NCBI RefSeq assembly: GCF_038025025.1
Contig: NW_027117342.1
Coordinates: 620,001-684,000, forward strand
Direction: 5' to 3'
Length of the DNA stretch: 64,000 nucleotides
From: Phyllosticta citribraziliensis
Taxonomy: Eukaryota
The notes beneath the pieces were generated by a model. That model saw only the letters and a list, made by a program, of their open reading frames with translations, was not told the origin of the DNA and searched no databases. This document shows, in pieces, positions 12,990 through 24,232 of the stretch (position 1 is its first letter; each line of letters begins with the position of its first letter). The translations under genes and the position numbers were made by a program.

Positions 12990-14707
12990 TCACCGAGCAG
13001 GTTGCTTGGTTTGAGTCTCCACCGTCTCTTCCTGAGAAAATTCCCCTCTGTTGTCCGCAATGGTCTTTTGCTTTTCAACCTTTTTGGTCCCGGCATCCGC
13101 CTTGGCCTGATCTTCTGCAGCTGCTGCCTTTTTGGATTCCTCGAGTGCCTCTTTCAATGAGGTATCTGCCGAGTCGTTGGATTTTTCGTTTTCGCTTTTG
13201 GCCTTTTCACCGTCCATGTATTCCTTCTTGGCCATGTCGCGAATATCGGCTTTGTCCTTGTCCCATTGATCTCCAGGATTCTCAAAGGTGTCTTTGAGTC
13301 TTTGTGCTTGTTCCTCCTTTTCCTTTTCCTCCTTTTCCTTTGCCAATCGCTCTTGCTCCATCTCCTCCATGTGTCGAATGTCGTCCACACTGGGCTCGTA
13401 AAGATGCCAGATGGTATAGTGCGGCAGGCCCACGACAGAGAAGCCCATTCTTTTGGCCATCTACTCACGTTAGATTGAAGTTTGCGTGTGTTGTCATGGA
13501 GCTTACCTTTCCAAAACCTTCAGTCTCTGCGTGCTTCTCAAAAGAAAAGGCAGGAAAATGCACCCCGGCGCGAAAGACTTTGGCTTTTGCCAGGATGCTC
13601 ACACCACCAACTCCATCAATCTCCATTTCCATATCCGGATCTCCATACGGGTCGCGAAGGTAGGCAAGATGCGGACGCCACGTGGCGTATTCTGCATAGC
13701 CTTCGACAATGACGGCGTCTTCGTCCAAAGTATCGGCAAGCGCAAGAGCAGTCTCGGACTCTTGCCACGAGTTGAGGTCATACGGTTGCTCACCTCCAAG
13801 CCAATCGGGTAGCGGTCTCCAGACATCTGGTGGCGTTAGAGGACACTTTGATTCGAACGAGTAACTTACTGGGCACGATGATGTCCTTGTTGTGGCGCAT
13901 GAGATCCTCCAAAATTGTAAACGGGGCAGTCTCCACATCCACATCGCGCCAATAGACCCAGCTGTGCGTCGGACGCATGGCTGCGCTCAACAACCAATTG
14001 CGCGCCTGAGCCATTGACTTGCGTCGCGAGGCTTGAGCGGCAAAGCCATGTCTACTTTCCACATCCTGGTTGACCTTTTGGCCAAAGTCCTTTTCCATGA
14101 TGGAAATCTCGCCGAATTGCTGCGACGGATCATCATTGATTTGCAATTCCTGCAACAAGTCGGAGAGGAGCTCGAGGGTGTTGTCCTTGGAGTCTCCAAC
14201 CAAAAAGGCCAAATCAATGTAGTTGTGGGGGTAGGTAAGGTTCCGGAGATGCGAAAAGAACATGGGGAGATGCGGCGCCGCATCGCGCAACGGTGCGCAC
14301 AACAGTATCCTCTCCTCCCTCTCCCATCCGCGCGCGGTTCCTTGTACGTTGTTGAGGTCGTAGTACCGGACGGTTTGCAGCTGGAACTCGGGAGCTGAAG
14401 AGTACAGGCCAAGTGTAAGGGCGGGAAGCACGCTTGCTCGAAAGGACGACGAAAAGAGGAATAGGGATAGAGCAACGAGGCCCAGGACGAGGCCGATGCG
14501 GAAAAAGAGCTGTCTCCGTCTGCGTAATGCGGGTTGCGAGCGCGGTTGGAATCTGGCGAGGTCGTCAGCATGCCCGAGTTTTGGATTGGAAGGAATATTT
14601 GCGCACTTGTGAGGTTCTATTTGGAATGTTCCCGAGCTCCCAGGACTGTAGCCGGCGTTGCCGTTGGCGAAGCCGTGACGGTACATTGTGCCATGAAGAG
14701 GTAACAT
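12990..14707 (-). CDS. ANP1: Anp1/Van1/Mnn9-family Golgi mannosyltransferase (GT62), Anp1-like
   Basis: Type II TM, LRDAAPHLPMFFSHLRNLTYPH, DFGQKVNQDVESRHGFAAQ, WRDVDV (DxD), PYDLNSW, DGVGGVSILAKA, HAETEGFGK. Start is either 14707 or 14686. Confidence 0.92.
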
Positions 14708-15295
14708 GGAGCGAGCGTGGACAACCACCTGCCGGAGTCTTAGGACCGGCCGCCCCCAAAACGAACGGCAGACAGTGGCGCGCAAGGACGGATAGCACGG
14801 CGGGTGGAATATGGGGCGAGATGGGAGCAGGATGGAGGTCGAAGGTGTGGTAAAGTCGTGGCAGGTTGATTGCGTGCGGCCGAGAGGTGGCTCCCGTCGT
14901 AGACAGCAGGGATATTCTCCCCAGCTTCGGTGTGTTCCGCCTCCGCAATGTTCCTGGCTAGAACGCGCGACGTGGAGATGGAAATGAGGTTAATATGGCA
15001 GAGGTGACGTTTGGATTCTGTTTGAATTCGCAAAAACTACCGTGGATGATAACGCTACTAAGCAATGCCGGCCAGGGTGCGCCATGAAGCCTGACAGCCC
15101 GACTAGCGCTGCGACCTTGCCTTACCGTGTCCTTATTAAACTAGATCATCCCGCCCTTTTTCCAGGACATGTCCCCGACTTGTAGGCGCCAATCAGATTT
15201 TGTGTTTCCTCGGCCATGTAATCTAGATGCGCCCGACGCCCTCACTGTGCCCTCTGCTTCTGCCGTGCGCCCGCCGAGCTAGGGATGAAGTGGAC

Positions 15296-15344
15296 ATGAA
15301 GCATGAAGTATGAAGCATGAAGCAATGAAGCAACGAAGCAATGG
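15296..15344. repeat. 7-8 bp degenerate tandem repeat (ATGAAGC)n
   Basis: atgaagc atgaagt atgaagc atgaagc aatgaagc aacgaagc, between the POLD4 stop and the ANP1 start. Confidence 0.75.
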
Positions 15345-15403
15345 AAAAGTAAAAAATCACACACCGTTGTCGCTGTCGTCATTTATCGTCAATCGTCGTC
15401 TCG

Positions 15404-15991
15404 TCAATCATCGGCAAAGCGAGAGGCCATCAGCTCGTCGACATGAGCACGCTGGACCCTGGCATTGTCGCGACCCTCCTTGATGAGGACCGCCAAGACT
15501 TCGATTGGAGGCTTGAGACCAAGACGTTGCGCACGCTTCCAGCGCTTTTGGCGCGAAATGCCGATGCAAGGCTATACTGTTAGCCACTAGCAACGTAGTA
15601 GATGGTTGCGACATACTCCAAAGTTCCCCGTCGTGTCGAATTCCCGCAGCACCTTTTCATGAATAGTCAGACCTTCTTGGTGCACCCGCTGAGCGAGTCT
15701 CGCCTCTTCCTTCGTCCTCCAATACTTTTTGATTTGTGCGTCGGAGACTTGGCTGGCCTCTTTTTCTTCGGGTGTCAATTGTGGGATGTTCTGCGTCTGG
15801 GCATTGTCGCGTTCGGTGAGCTTCTCTTCATCTTGGAAATGAGGGCTGGACAGAGCAGTCTCGCGCTTGATGTGGTCGAGCTTGGACTTGTCGTTGGAAG
15901 GTTTTCCTGGTTTGGTAACTTTGTTTGACGAGCCATGGAACGCGAGTGTGGCCTGCTTGCCCTGGACTGGAGTCGCGCGCTTGGGAGGCAT
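15404..15991 (-). CDS. POLD4: DNA polymerase delta subunit 4 (p12/Cdm1)
   Basis: N-terminal PIP-like QATLAF. C-terminus LREFDTTGNFG/PCIGISRQKRWKRAQRLGLKPPIEVLAVL spans one intron. Confidence 0.9.
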
Positions 15992-16146
15992 TGAGACGGC
16001 AACGGTGATGGATATTGAAATGGAAGCTTGAGGCGTGGAATGATCCTGGTATTGAGGAGTCCGGTGTCAAGGAGAGGTGTTGAAGATGACGAGATGGTTG
16101 TCTGGGCACCAGCTATGACGCTCAGCTTAGGTAAGGTTGGCGCGCT

Positions 16147-16157
16147 ACGCGTCGCGT
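16147..16157. promoter_or_regulatory. MCB-like element (ACGCGT followed by CGCGT) in the POLD4/DCS1 divergent promoter
   Basis: acgcgtcgcgt in a ~255-bp head-to-head intergenic region upstream of a replication gene. Confidence 0.5.
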
Positions 16158-16246
16158 GGCCGACGGGACGGGGACGGGATATGCGCACGTACCGGTCATG
16201 TACTCTGCTCTCAACTCTGCAGACTGCCGTCATCGTCATCATCATC

Positions 16247-17353
16247 ATGGCCCTTTCAACTTCTGAAGCCGAGGCGTTGATTCCACAATTCCGGTTGGAG
16301 CGACTTCTTAACCAAGGTCCTGTCCTCTGCTCAAATGTACCCAGCCAGACTGACGAGTGAGTAGACCAGGCGGGCCGTCGCATTTCCTTGCTCGGATCAA
16401 TCCAATCCAAACCTGCCATTCTCATTGCTGAGCGGGCGGCCTTTTCCATCCAGGCCAATCACCTTGAGAATTTCAATGCTTCCGTCTCCAACGTCCAGAA
16501 CCTCGGTGCCAATGACATTTATTTTTGGTTCCTGGCGCGGGCCGCTTCCGACTCCAACAGCTCCAATCAGCCCGCTGATCTCAAGTTGAACCTAATTCAT
16601 CCTTGCACCGAGAAGCACATCAAAAAGTACTCTCAGCAAGGAATTCGGCTCGTATCTGAGACCCCTGAGATCTACAAAGATCACGTGCGGCCGTATATCG
16701 AGAAGCAACGGGGAGAAGGACGACTGGATTGGATATTCAACATCATCGAGGGCCGGACCGAGCAAGAAGACGTCTTTTATAGAGAGCATGGAGAGGAGGG
16801 TTTTCTTGTGCTACCAGACCTGTAAGTTGACCTTGACCTTTTGCGACATTTCTCACTGTCTAGCAATTGGGACCGGAAAACCATGACCAGCCTGCATCTC
16901 CTCGGACTCGTCGAACGCAGAGACATTTGGTCCGTGAGAGACCTGCAAAAGCGGCACGTTACTTGGCTGAAGCACATGCGCGAGAAACTGTTGGAAGCCA
17001 CGGTCAAGTTGTATCCCGAGCTGGAAAAGGATCAACTCAAACTTTACGTCCATTGTAAGTTGGCACCACGCTAGGGCTGAGTCTCGTGTAGGGCTAATTT
17101 TGATCATCCAGATCAACCAACGTACCATCATTTCCACATCCACATTGTGCACGTGGCGCTGGAGGCGGGAGCGACGCAAGCCACAGGCAAAGCACTGGGG
17201 TTGGAGAACGTCATAAGCCAGGTCGAGAACATGGCGGGGACAGAGAGCGCGGGCATGGCAGATGTGTCTCTGACGTACACCATTGGCGAGGCCAGTGAAC
17301 TTTGGACCGACATTTTCCAGCCCCTAAAGTCTTGCTTGAGTGTTGAGTCTTGA
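16247..17353 (+). CDS. DCS1: Scavenger mRNA decapping enzyme DcpS (m7GpppX diphosphatase, HIT family)
   Basis: GANDIYFW, LKLNLIHPCTEKHIKKY, ETPEIY, WIFNIIEG, LPDL/NWD, SVRDL, and HIT motif HYQPTYHHFHIH. Three introns. Confidence 0.93.
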
Positions 17354-18214
17354 TGCCGAGGATTGCCAACGGCCGAGGATTGCCAACGGCCCAAGGCCAA
17401 GAGAGGTTCGATAGTCGTCCGTACCGGAGGCAAATATACGAGGAGCTCCGCAAGTACGCCTGATGTCCGTATAGAGACATCAGGGGCTTGAAGAGTTATG
17501 CATAATGGACGGACAGAGGAGTCGAGACAGGGGTGGTGCCGGAGTAAGCCCGTAGCGAACCAAACCTGCACTCGCCGCTTGCACAAGCACACACGGTGCA
17601 CAGTGCACAAGTTTAATCACCTCTGGGCCATCTCCACAGAGAATCTCAGCACGCCAAGTTGGAATCCATGGCTCGGTCTGGTCGAGCGTCGAGTCCAGGG
17701 TCAGGGGCAGGAGCAGGAGCAGGAGTGCACGTAGGTTGGCGAGTGGGAAACAAGGCACGAAGAACATTCAGATCCATGGCCATCACAACACCAAACAAGA
17801 CATGGCATCACAAAGAAATGCGAAACATCTGAACCTGAGCCTTGGCAGGGGCGCAATTTCGGTTGGTAGGAAGGGGTCCGCACAGCACAGCGTCTGTGGG
17901 GAGCAGCCGCAGCCGCCGGCGCTCAGGGCAGACGTCAATTCACGACGGCCGGGTCTGTGCCACGCACTGATTGGCGCCTGCTGTTATTGCCCCATGTCCA
18001 TGCCGCCGCCTCCATGACGGATCAGATGCTATAATACCCAGATCCTGCTTTCTGCCCTGGCCCTTGTCCTCTCTTTTCCAACACCGTCCATCCGACTGTC
18101 GTCGTCCACTCCTTTCAACCAAGCCACTCGTTCTGGTCCTTGCGACCTGCCTTGCCTTAGCCTACCAACTGACATCACCTCCACGCCGACCCTCTCCATT
18201 CTCTGATCACAACC

Positions 18215-19721
18215 ATGCTTCTCAACTACCTCTTGCCGCTGGGCACTCTCCTGGCCGGCTCTGCCCTGGCCGTCAACACGGTCGAGGTCCAGGGCCAGGA
18301 CTTTGTCGACACCAAGACCAACAAGCGCATGTACATCATGGGCGTCGAGTACGTAGATCCGCCTCGTCCACGCGATCCATGCTAACAAACCCAGCTACCA
18401 ACCCGGTGGATCCTCTGGCTACAGCGAGGCCTCCAAGGAGGACCCCTTGACCAACGGCACTGCCTGTCTGCGTGATGCTGCCATTATGCAGCAGCTCGGC
18501 ATCAACACGGTCCGCATCTACAACGTCGACCCCGATGGCGACCACGACGACTGTGCTTCCATCTTCAACTACGTTGGTATCTACATGATGCTCGACGTCA
18601 ACGCTCCCACCTCTGGCGGCAGCATCAACAGGGCGGACCCCTCCAGCTCCTACACTGCCAGCTACCTCGAGCGCATCTTCAAGATGGTCGAGGCCTTCAA
18701 GAACTACCCCAACACTCTCGGCTTCTTCGGTGCCAACGAACTCATCAACGACGAGGACTCTGCCAAGGACAACCCGGTCTACATTCGCGCCGTCCAGCGT
18801 GACCTCAAGAACTACATCAAGAACAACGCCGACCGCACCATCCCCGTCGGTTACTCTGCTGCCCAGGTCCAGAGCGTCCTCGAGGACACTTGGGAGTACC
18901 TCCAGTGCGCCATTGACGGCGACGACAACGACATGTCCCGCTCCGACTTTTTCGGCCTCAACTCGTACTCGTGGTGCGGTGGTGATGCCACCTTCACTTC
19001 TTCGGGCTACAACAAGATTGTCGACATGTTCCAAAACTCGAGCATTCCCGTCTTCTTTTCCGAGTACGGCTGCAACGAGGTCAAGCCCCGTGTCTTTGAC
19101 GAGGTGCAAGCCCTGTACGGCGAGCAGATGACTTCGATCAGCGGTGGTCTGGTCTACGAGTGGAGCCAGGAGGACAATGACTACGGTCTCGTCATCATCA
19201 ACGACAATGGCACCGTCACCCTCAGGACCGACTTCAACAACCTCCAGTCGCAGTTCAACAAGCTCAACACGACCCTCATCCAGTCCACGAGCTCGTCTGC
19301 CACGGCCATTGACCCTCCCAAGTGCGCCAAGAGCTTGATCGACTCGTCCAGCTTTGGTGCCGACTTTGACCTGCCCTCGACTCCCTCCAAGGCCTCGGAC
19401 ATGATCAAGAATGGTCTCTCGAATGCCAACGTTGGCAAGATCAAGGACGTTTCCGAGACTTCTGTTCCCTTCAAGGTCTACAGCACCAGCGGCAAGGAAG
19501 TCAGCGGTCTGTCCATCAAGGAGGTCAAGAGTGGCGAGGCCAACACTCCCAGCGGAACCAACCTCGACGACGGCTCCACCGCCGACAAGAGCACCACTGG
19601 CACCAGCACTAGCTCGAGCTCCAAGGCTTCTTCTTCGGCCGAGGGTGCTGCAGGCAAGATTGGTGTCCAGAGCACGGGTGCTCTCGTCTTTGCCGGTATC
19701 CTGGCCGTCCTGCTTTGCTAG
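18215..19721 (+). CDS. GH72 1,3-beta-glucanosyltransferase (Gas/Gel family, no X8 domain), GPI-anchored
   Basis: Signal peptide, GVDYQPGGS across an intron, LGINTVRIY, FFGANE, NSYSWCG, FFSEYGC, GGLVYEW, Ser/Thr tail and hydrophobic GPI signal. Confidence 0.95.
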
Positions 19722-19787
19722 ACATGGAGCGTGGCGATTGAAATTAACGAACATGCTTCCGTGACGACCTGTTTTTCTTCTGGGCTT

Positions 19788-19980
19788 TTAGATTTGGCGC
19801 GGCAGGAGCCATTCCGCGGATTTGCAGTCTTTCCGCATTGGATTCACTGCATGAGATTTCACTCTGCATGAGATTTGGCAGTCCTTCTCCGCATTGGATT
19901 TCACTCTGCATTGGATTTGGAAGTCTTTCACTCTGTATGAGATTTTTGGCGGGTCTTTTTGGCGGGGATTTGCATTCGAT
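19788..19980. repeat. Degenerate minisatellite downstream of the GH72 stop
   Basis: Recurrent ~15-25 bp units built from GATTT(G)CAGTCTTTCCGCATTG and GATTTCACTCTGCATGA. Confidence 0.7.
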
Positions 19981-20447
19981 TCAATGGACAATTCAGCGGG
20001 ACATTCAGCTGGGGTGTGTATAGCACATGGGTGGTTGTAATAAAAGACATAAGCCTTTTGGTTTAAAGCTTAATTGCTAGCGTGCAAACCGTGCAGACCA
20101 GGGTGCGGGGGTGCTTTGATGTTGGTATGCCGTCAGCACATGTATTTCTTTCTTTTGAAAAGGGGTTTGCTGGAGGAGCAATGCTTGGTCAGATGTCTGT
20201 GTCATGTTCATTCGATCATATTCCACTGCTGACGTGAAAGTACCCATGAGTTGCACGTTGGCGTTGCTTAGAAACTGCTTCCGACTCGGACGCTTCCGCT
20301 TCCTATTGCGGAGCGGATATAAGCCCCGCATGACGTGAGAGGGCAGCCGATGGCATCAAGTGAGGGTTTAACCAAAGACGAGTGCGGGGCTATTCCGCGC
20401 CTTTGACAACCGACTGACAAACCACCTCTCCATCACTCTCTCAGTCA

Positions 20448-21788
20448 ATGTCCTTCAGAACGCTGCCACGCCTCACGACTGCCTCCACATCACCAATCCG
20501 TCTGTACCGCGCAGCCTGCATGCGCCTATCTGCTCTGCGAAACCAATTGCAACCACTCGGCCGTATTTGGAGCATTCGTACCATGGCGACTACCACCAGC
20601 AACCTGCCGCAGACGATGAAGGGCGTCATTATTGAGAAGACGGGCGGCACCGAGGTGCTGCAGTATCGCACTGATTTGCCGCTGCCGACGCCCAAGGACG
20701 GTGAGGTGTTGGTTAAGAACGAGGTCATTGGCATCAATTATATTGATACGTGAGATTCTCCGTCCGCATCACCACTCCCTCTTCATGCCATTGAGGGCGC
20801 CACAACCCCTTCTCTACCCCCAACACTCCCCCTGATGTAGCAGACAACCCAGCTAACACGCCCCAGCTACTTCCGCACCGGCCTCTACCCCGCGCCCTCG
20901 TTCCCCTACATCCTCGGCCGCGAAGCCGCCGGCACCCTCCTCACCACCTCGCCCGCGCTCCCATCCCTCTCCCCCGGCGACAAAGTCGTCTACATGGGCA
21001 CGTCCGCCTACGCCGAATACACGGCCGTGCCGCCGACCCACGTGCTCAAGCTGCCGCCCTCCATCTCGCCCGCCACCGGCGCCGCCGCCATCCTGCAGGG
21101 CCTCACCGCGCTGACCCTGATCCGCGACGCGCACCCCGTGCAGCGCGGCGACTGGGTGCTCGTGCACGCGGCCGCCGGCGGCGTCGGACTCTGGCTGTGC
21201 CAGCTGCTGGCGGCGGTCGGCGCGCACACCGTCGCGACGGCGTCGTCGAGCGAGAAGCTGGAGCTGGCGCGCGCGGCGGGCGCCGAGGTGCTGGTCAACT
21301 ACGCGGGGCCCGAGGGGCAGGACGCGGTTGTGCGCAAGGTCAAGGAGGTCACGGGGGGCAAGGGCGTCGTGGCCGTGTTCGATGGCGTGGGCAAGGCGAC
21401 GTTCGATGCGAGTCTGGAGGCGCTGGCGCGCAAGGGGAGCATGGTCAGTTTTGGCAATGCGAGCGGCGCGGTGCCGCCGGTTACGATTGCGTACGTTTCC
21501 CCTCCCCCTTCCCCCTGAACTTCCTTTCCATCTTACTCCTGACCCCTGACGTCGCGTGTGCATAGCCGCCTCTCCGCCAAAAACATCAAGCTCCTGCGCC
21601 CCACGCTGTTCAACTACATCGCCACGCGCGACGAAGCCGAGCACTACGCGCAGGAGCTGTGGGCGTTTATCGAGCAGAACAAGCTGGATGTGCGCATCCA
21701 CGAGACGTATCCGCTGCAAGAAGTCGCTAGGGCGCATCAAGACATCGAGGGACGCAAGACGACGGGCAAGTTGCTCTTGAAGCCGTGA
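20448..21788 (+). CDS. ZTA1: Zeta-crystallin-like NADPH:quinone oxidoreductase
   Basis: GINYIDT/YFRTGLY, LGREAAG, LQGLTA, VHAAAGGVG, FDGVGKATF, SFGNASG, EGRKTTGKLLL. Two introns; possible second start at 20583. Confidence 0.93.
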
Positions 21789-21994
21789 GCGGAATAACGT
21801 GTCGAGGTGTGGCAGGATGGGAAGAAGTAGTTGATGTCTTTTGAACCAATGGAAGGAAGGAAAGCCTTTTAAACATGTGCTGTGCACGCCCAGTCTCGCA
21901 GTCAAACGCCATGCCATGTCATGCCATGCCCGGTCACCCCAATGCATCATCACTCAATCAGCCGCCAACCCTCCTTTCCCGCCACCACACCAGC

Positions 21995-23640
21995 TCATCC
22001 CACAAGACCCACCGCGTCCTCTGGCCAGCTCCCCACAGTCATGGCCCTCAGCGGTACCGTTCCCCCCATGGGCGCCAACACCCTCACCTGCCCCTTCGCC
22101 TCGTCCACATCCGCCACGTACACGTACCCCAGCACGCTGGCATCGCGCAGACGGTCCTGGTTGCTCTCGCCCGGCTCGGCCGCCTTGACAGCCACGAGCG
22201 CGTTGACGAGCTGCAGCGACGGGCGCTCGCGCTCAAACAGCGAGCCCGGCAACGCCGGGCCCTGCTGCGCCCTTTTCGCTGCCGGAGCGTTGCCAGCCTC
22301 CGCCGAGGGCAGCGAGACGGGCGTCATATCGCTGGCGGCATCGTCCGCGCCGCCGGGCATCAAGCTCGCCGCCAACTGCCTGCTCTGGCGGGCGGCGCCG
22401 GCGTCGACGACGCGCCACAGCGGCAGCGCGGAAAAGTCGACCCGGTGCGTGTGCGGCGACAGCGTCGTCGGGCCGTGGCCGAAGAAGTAGGAGCGGATTT
22501 GCGCGAGCCGCATGGCGCGGCTGAAGGCGGCGTCGCGGTCGACGCAGCCGCCGGACTTGTCGAGCTTGACGACGTGCACGGCGTCGTTGTCCATGGATGA
22601 CGGGGCCGACTGTTTGGCGAAGCGTCGGGAGAGGTCGCTGTAGAGGCGTTCGGAGCCGAGGACGAGGATTGCGGTGACTGTGTGGTGTTAGCGGGTTGGT
22701 TGGGTGGGTGGGGGATGTTGGTGTGATGCGCACCTGAAAACTCCGAGACAATGTGTTGGATATGCTCGTAGATGCCCTTCTTGTCGACGCTCAGCGCACC
22801 CGGCGTGTCAATGATGCAGCCGGCACGCCTCGCCTCGTCATCCTCACTCATCCGGCTCGTCACAGCCAGCGCCATGCGTGTCACCAACCCACGATACAGC
22901 TTCGCATTGTCGTCCGGCGCACCCAGCCCGAAGTGGTAGACGAGCGGCATCTTGACGGGGACGGGACTGGGCCCGTTGATGGGACTGCTGCCCCAGCCCT
23001 CCTCGACGTCAAGAATCGACGCCATGGCCGCCGCCGACAGCGCGCCAGGCACCGTGAGCATGCCCTGCCGCGGATCCAAATTGACAGCAACGGGCTGGCG
23101 GCCCATCTTGACGGCGTAGGCAGTCAGAATCTTGACCAGGCTGGTCTTGCCCGCATCCTCGGGCCCCACGACGAGCACGCGCGGGCCCATTGGCTTGTCC
23201 AACCCAGACGCGCCGCCTCCTCTTTGCTGGTCCGCCGCCTCGACGCGCGCCCTCATCGCTTCGACCGCGAAGCCGACGTTGGCGTACTCGACCATTGGCG
23301 TCTCCTCGGCCACGTACTCGCTCTCCGTCTCGCCCTCGACCTGCAGCCTGCATCCGTGCCACGTGTACACTGCGCCCTTGTACCCGCGGAAGAGGTACGG
23401 CTCTTTGGCGTTGCATGCCAGCTCCGTCCCAAACAGCTCCGCCGTCCCGCTGGCCAGCTTGATTGACAGCGTCGACGAGTGCGACACTTCGAACCGGAAT
23501 TCCGTCTTTGGCGACAATGTGATGGTGCGCGGCTCGCCCGAGGGCGCGGTGCCAGCTGCCGGTGCAGCGCTGCCAGGCGTGCTCGACGGGTTTGGCGTCA
23601 ACGAGAGGCCGGGGAGTGTGAGGCCCGGGAGCGAGGCCAT
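21995..23640 (-). CDS. CLP1: Clp1 mRNA cleavage/polyadenylation factor (P-loop polynucleotide kinase family)
   Basis: EFRFEV, GTAELFGTEL, YTWHGC, YVAEETPM, Walker A GPEDAGKT, NLDPRQG, IIDTPG, KSGGCVDRD, IRSYFFG, LSPH. One intron. Confidence 0.93.
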
Positions 23641-24232
23641 GCTGGTTGGCCAAGTGTTGGGGTGAGGGCTGTGCCTCTGCACCGTCGGTGGTGCGTGTGG
23701 GCGAGCGTTGCCGTGGCTGACGTTGTCGATTGACGTTGGCGCGGAGACAGGTGTTTGGAGTGTGCAGTAGTGTGGTGTAGTATTGCGGTAGTCAACGTTG
23801 CGGCAATGTCAAGCTCCGTCAACGGGTCTGACGCGACGGAACCGCGGTGGCGCGGCTCTTGGCGCGTGCCGTGCCGCACGTAGGGCTGAGAGGATGTCGA
23901 TCAGGGCGCTGTGCAGCAGAGGTACGTCACCAACTGTGCTTCATCAAGTTTTGGTATCAGAAAATCTTTGCTTGTTGGCCATCCTACGCTAATACGCAAT
24001 CCAATCCACAATCCCCAATCCTCCGTGCCAAATTTGTAGAATGAATAAAAGGTAATGACAGAATAAAACACCCGATTGTATGCAACTGGTCGTCATACCG
24101 TCTTGCGGCTTGAATGAACCCAACAACGCCAAACATGCTATGCACAACACCAATTCGCTGAAAAGTCTAGTAAAAAACCACCGAAACGACAGGCTGGTAA
24201 AATCATAAGTAGGAAATATCGCGCCGGTATGG

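Noticed and set aside
18336..19754. 472-aa ORF antisense to the GH72 gene
   Set aside because: Shadow ORF expected from strong C-ending codon bias on the sense strand; no motifs.
20853..21953. 366-aa minus-strand ORF over ZTA1
   Set aside because: Antisense shadow of a GC-rich gene.
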